From: the human T2T-CHM13v2.0 reference genome, Homo sapiens
Direction: 5' to 3' (one strand)
DNA length: 64,000 bases
Assembly (NCBI RefSeq): GCF_009914755.1
Contig: NC_060947.1
Shown piece after piece: positions 58,631 through 64,000 of this stretch. The notes beneath the pieces are model-generated. The model searched no databases. It was not told the origin of the DNA and saw nothing but the letters and a program-made list of their open reading frames with translations. Numbering within the stretch: position 1 is the stretch's first letter; each line of letters opens with the position of its first letter. A program made the translations under genes and the position numbers.

Positions 58631-59104
58631 TTTGATGGCTAATTTTATGTGTCAATATGACTGCACCAAAAGGTACTCAGATTAAAAATTATTTCTGAGT
58701 GTCTTTGTGAGGGTTTTCTGGATGAAATTAGCATTTGGATCATAGACTCAGTAAGGCATATTACTCTCTCCAATGTAGGTGGGTGTCATCAAATCCATTG
58801 AGGGCCTGAATAGAACACAAAGGCAGAAGAAGGAGGAAGTCTCCCCTTGGTATGGCCTGCCTACCTACTTGAGCTAAAACATAAGTCTTTCCCTGCCCTT
58901 AGACTGGGATTTATACCATCAGCTCTTCTGATTCTTAGACTTTCAGAGTCAGTGCGGAATTAGGCTTTCCTGGTGTCCAGACTGTAGATGGCAGATCATG
59001 GGACTTCTCAGCTTCCACAATCACAAGTCAATTCCTCTTAATAAATCTCTTTCTGCATATATATCCTACTGCTTCTGTTTCTCTAGGGAACCTTGATTAA
59101 TACA
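58631..59104 (+). mobile_element. ERVL solo LTR, MLT2D-like
   Basis: gatggctaattttatgtgtcaa...tgagggcctgaatagaaca...aataaatctc...gattaataca; perfect TSD cccct. Confidence 0.88.
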
Positions 59105-59176
59105 CCCCTTCCAGCACTTCCAGAAACATCCACTATTTAGCACAGAGTGTGCTATGTGTGCCTACTCAGCAAACAC

Positions 59177-59463
59177 TTTTTCTTTTTTTTGAGACAGAGT
59201 CTCACTCTGTTGCCCAGGCTGGAGTGCAGTTGCGCGATCCTGGCTCACTGCAACCTCTGCCTCCTGCATTCAAGCAACCCTCAGCTTCCTGAGTAGCTGG
59301 GGCTACAGGCATGAGTAACCACACCCAGATAATTTTTGTATTTTTAGTAGAGACAGGGTTTCACCATGTTGGCCAGGCTGGTCGAACTCCTGACGTCAAG
59401 TGACCCACCTGCCTTGGCCTCCCAAAGTGTTGGGATTACAGGTGTCAGCCACTGTGCCGGGCC
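59177..59463 (-). mobile_element. AluS (Sx/Sz-like)
   Basis: Full reverse Alu; TSD agcaaacactttt / agcaaccactttt. Confidence 0.94.
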
Positions 59464-60004
59464 AGCAACCACTTTTAATACAAAATTATAAAAATGATAT
59501 TTAATTGACAGAGAGTATGTATGTCAAGGAATAAAATCACAGTTCTAAATATGAATGCTAAGAGCCTTGTGAAATCTCATTTTCCACTGCATACTTGACA
59601 AATAAATAGCCAATGTCATGGAGACCAAATAAGCAGGAGTGAGCTGCCCAGGAGTGAGGGCTTAGGTAGGAAATGGGACCTTCAGTGTTAAAATCAAGGA
59701 AGTGCCCAGCACACCAGAATGGCTGGCCATCCGAATAGAGTGAATGAAACTACTGTCAAGAAAATCAAAACCTCTAGTGTGCTTTCTGCTGGAATGTACT
59801 TTTACCAGTAAACTTGAAATCACTGATAATTTCCTCTCTTATTACAATATTGTCTCCTACTAGCGCTACCATTTTCTTCAGAAAGCCAACATTTTGTATT
59901 CTCTAGTTTTCTTATTATTGTGCTTGCTATTTTGACTGAGAAGATACTGGTTTCCTTTGGAAGTATCACCATAAAGACACTCTGTGAACTATTTTAATCA
60001 TGGG

Positions 60005-60228
60005 TTTTGGTTTTGTTTTTGTTTTGAGACAGGGTCTCACTCTGTCACCCAGGCTGGATTGCTGCAGCCTCGACCTCCCAGGTCAAGCGATCCTTCCACT
60101 TTGGCCTCCCAAGTAACTGTGACTACAGGCGCATGCCACCATGCCTGGCTAATTTTTGTATTTTTTGTAGAGATGGGGTTTCGCCATGTTGCCCAGGCTG
60201 GTCTTGAACTTCTGAGCTCAAGTGATTC
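60005..60228 (-). mobile_element. AluJb-like, 5' truncated
   Basis: gagacagggtctcactctg, ctgcagcctcgacctccc, ttgcccaggctggtcttgaacttctgagctcaagtgat. Confidence 0.9.
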
Positions 60229-60329
60229 TACAGTTATTAAAAGTAACTCACAGATTTGTATTCCTTGATAGTTCCTAGCATCATGATGTTACTATTGGAC
60301 GGAAATAGCTGGGATTTTGCTATATCATG

Positions 60330-60450
60330 ACACTTACACATTCATTACATTTATCTTGCCATCACAGTAACAACTGTCGTTCCCATTTTCCTGATGAAAA
60401 AATAGAGGCTAAGTGAAATCAATTGACTAGCACAGGTTGTAGAACTAGTC
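60330..60450 (-). mobile_element. MIR fragment
   Basis: cccattttcctgatgaaaaaatagaggct...tgactagcacagg. Confidence 0.5.
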
Positions 60451-62527
60451 ACCGGATAAACCTACTGTCTATGATGGCCTTGAATTTCCATATTAATAAT
60501 AACTCTCCACTTTCCAGCCTATTAAATAGGTCTAATGTCCGTGGACACAGAAGAAATGTGACCTAAAATTTGTAGATCAAAAGATCTACTGAAAAAGCAT
60601 TTTTTCAGGTCTGTCTTATGTGTGTCTCAGATAGCTTCATGATTGACTTTTCTAATTACTCTGATGAGATCATAAAATCCAACTCTCAGACTGCTATTGA
60701 GTTGCTTTCCTTTATTTTTCTATTGGATATGCTGTTTGTGTTTTAAATTTTCATGGTAAGCATTACTGAGAAAGGAGATTCTTCATAATATTTCAAAAGA
60801 AAGCTATATTCAAAAGCCCGAGAGTTGAGGGGGGAAAAAGGGCAGTTCTGATTTTGTTTTTTAACTTAAAGTACCCATGATAGAAGGTTGAATTTCAGGG
60901 CACCAGACCAAACTACTTTTCTTCAAAATAGAAGTTGAAGTCCTCTTTACTTTTTTCTATTTGCCATGCAAGAATTTAAAAAAAAAAATCTGTGCCCACA
61001 ACCCATAATTCACTTTAGTGGAAGAAATTTCTTGGGAATTATATTCTAGAAATGGCTGTAGTCTGGCAATTCTAGAATGCTAAAATAAAGAAGTCATTTC
61101 AAAGAAATTTTCCTAATAAAATATTTTCACTTTGAAGGATAGCTCTGCTTTAGTCAAATTCACATAATGAAGGGAAAATAAAAGCCTAAAGCTAATTCTG
61201 TAGGAATATATGAATACATGCAAGCATTGGTACAAATTAATGGTATCAAGTTACAAACTCAAGCAGTTTATTGGGCAGAATATCTGCAAAGTCAAAATAT
61301 ACACAGAGGCAACCGTTACAAATGTGAGGAAAAAATAACAGAACAAAGAAACAGAACAAAGATCACTGAAAGATTTATAGTTCAGCTTTAAATGCCTGTA
61401 AGCAAGTTTTTGTTTGAATTCGGTTCATCCTAGACTATTCCAAAACGGGAGTTCACTGAACCCCAACTTACAAAGAGAACTGACAGCAAGTCAGGTACAT
61501 TTCACTCCAGCTGGTTAGAGCTGATGGTTAGAGCCTTCATGGATTTATGGTACTACGGGCGATGTGTATATCTGTCTATCTATACATGCTCCCCCCAGCA
61601 CTAGAGAAAACAAGTTTCAAGACTATAGATTTTGAATCTACGGTTATAATGTATACATTACTAACAAGCTTAAACTCTAAGTTTTATTTCTTATACATGT
61701 CTGGCTCAGGTTTACATAACAGAACTATCCAACTTTTGTTGGACACAAGAATTTCTCTAAAAATTCTCATCATGTGCCTCTTTATATAACATTGTTGCAT
61801 TAGGATTTGCAAAGTAGGTAGCTCAAACCGGTGTCCTATTATCCTGTAACTCTAAAAGTACAACAACAAAACATGACTTACTCTAATTTATAAACCAGTG
61901 ATTGCCACTTGCATAGACAGCCTTTGATAAACTGAATAAGATAAATAGCTATTTAAACATATACCTCAACACCATTGTTATATTTTATGATCAGTTTCAG
62001 AGGGAATGATATCACAATCACTTGTGAAGCAGTGTCATCAAATCATTAAAGCTATTAAATTCTAACATCCCTAGAAAAATTGCCTTATTAAAATAGATTG
62101 ATGAGCTATATTGTGTCATGTCTAGATAGCTCCATTCAACATTTAATTTAAGATATCCAAAAAAATCATACAGCTGAAAAATACATTAAAATAAAATAAA
62201 TATATAATTTCCATTTGATTATTATAGTAATCTATCATATCAAAATCATAATGTAGTGTTTTTTATCAAAGCATGGTTCTTGCAATAATTCAAAGACCAC
62301 AGCTGAGACAATAAAAGACCCTTCATGTTTCACATATATTTCCTGTCATCCACTAAGAACATCAATTTTTTTTAGGTTTACCTATATGTTTGGAGTAGAA
62401 GAGAGCAAAGTGGTATTATTAAAGTTGTAAAATTTTAAGACAAGGTTTGGCAATTTTAGCACAATACTAAGAATTATTTCTTGGCTCTCTTTAGCATTGT
62501 TTTTATATCTCTTAACTGTTAATGATG

Positions 62528-62707
62528 CATACTAAACTATTACAGATGAAATATGATGATTCTGCTTTAAAATATTCCGGCCAAAAAGAATGGTGGAATA
62601 GATAAATCAAGATGGGAAAAGTGTTCCTAATTGTGGAAACTGGGTGATAGTTACATGGAGTTGATTATATTATTCTCTCTGCTTTTGCGTGTATGTGAAA
62701 ATTTCCA
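62528..62707 (+). mobile_element. L1ME 3' terminal fragment
   Basis: ctgggtgatagttacatggagttgattatattattctctctgcttttg...gaaaatttcca. Confidence 0.7.
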
Positions 62708-63068
62708 TGCCTTATTCCATTCCTGCTGCTATATCAAAATACCACAGATTGAGTAATTTTTATAGAACAGATATTTATTTCTCACAGTTCTGGAGGCTTA
62801 GAAGTCCAAGATAAAAGCATCAGCAGAATCAGTGTCTAGTGAACGCTCATTCTCTACTTCCAAGATGGCACCTTGTTGCTACATCCTTACATGCGGGGAA
62901 GGCAGAAGGACAACAGGGACCAATGTTGTGTGACGCCTCTTTTAAAACACATTATTCCCACTCAAGAGGACACAGCCCTCAGGACCTACTCACTCTTAAT
63001 ATGATCACATTGGTATTTAAGTTTCAACATATGAATTTTGGAGGGACACATAAATTCAAACCATAGGA
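62708..63068 (-). mobile_element. MSTD-like MaLR LTR
   Basis: gctgctatatcaaaataccacaga...tttctcacagttctggaggct...cttccaagatggcaccttg...gaattttggagggacaca. Confidence 0.78.
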
Positions 63069-63803
<735 letters not shown>

Positions 63804-64000
63804 CCAAAGTACTAAACTAAAAAAATTTTTAATCTCAATTCATCCTATCTTCACAGGATTCACTTCAGTAAATGTGATTCAATGATGTATATGAAATTTT
63901 TTTCTTTTCTGAATCCAAACATGAAAGAAAATTTACCTGTAAATGATTATTCTACTGAAATAGAATACACGTACACATAGCTGCTTAAAAATAGTTTAAA

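Overview
AT-rich primate (human-like) non-coding genomic DNA, most likely part of a long intron or intergenic region. I find no supportable protein-coding gene, CpG island, tRNA/rRNA gene or CRISPR array. The ORFs I could assign are Alu translations or L1 ORF2 C-terminal fragments; the rest look like chance frames. The window is a layered transposon record: 18 Alus (J, S and Y), L1PA/PB/MA/ME fragments, MaLR/ERV1/ERVL solo LTRs, two Tigger3-family elements, MER44A, MER63, MER91A, MER5, L2/MIR relics, a tRNA-derived MamSINE1-like SINE and a 3'-truncated 7SK retropseudogene (51890-52122, minus). Subfamily names come from recalled consensus features, not a RepeatMasker run. I see no evidence for a new biological system. 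The most notable observations are mechanistic: an AluY and an L1 sharing one 15-bp target site present three times, an L1 with a 16-nt twin-priming inversion, a near-perfect 76-nt palindrome inside an MLT2 LTR, a 30-bp x4 minisatellite inside a Tigger3 element, an LTR8 splitting an Alu, and several minus-strand candidate small exons plus one recursive-splice-like motif that need RNA data.
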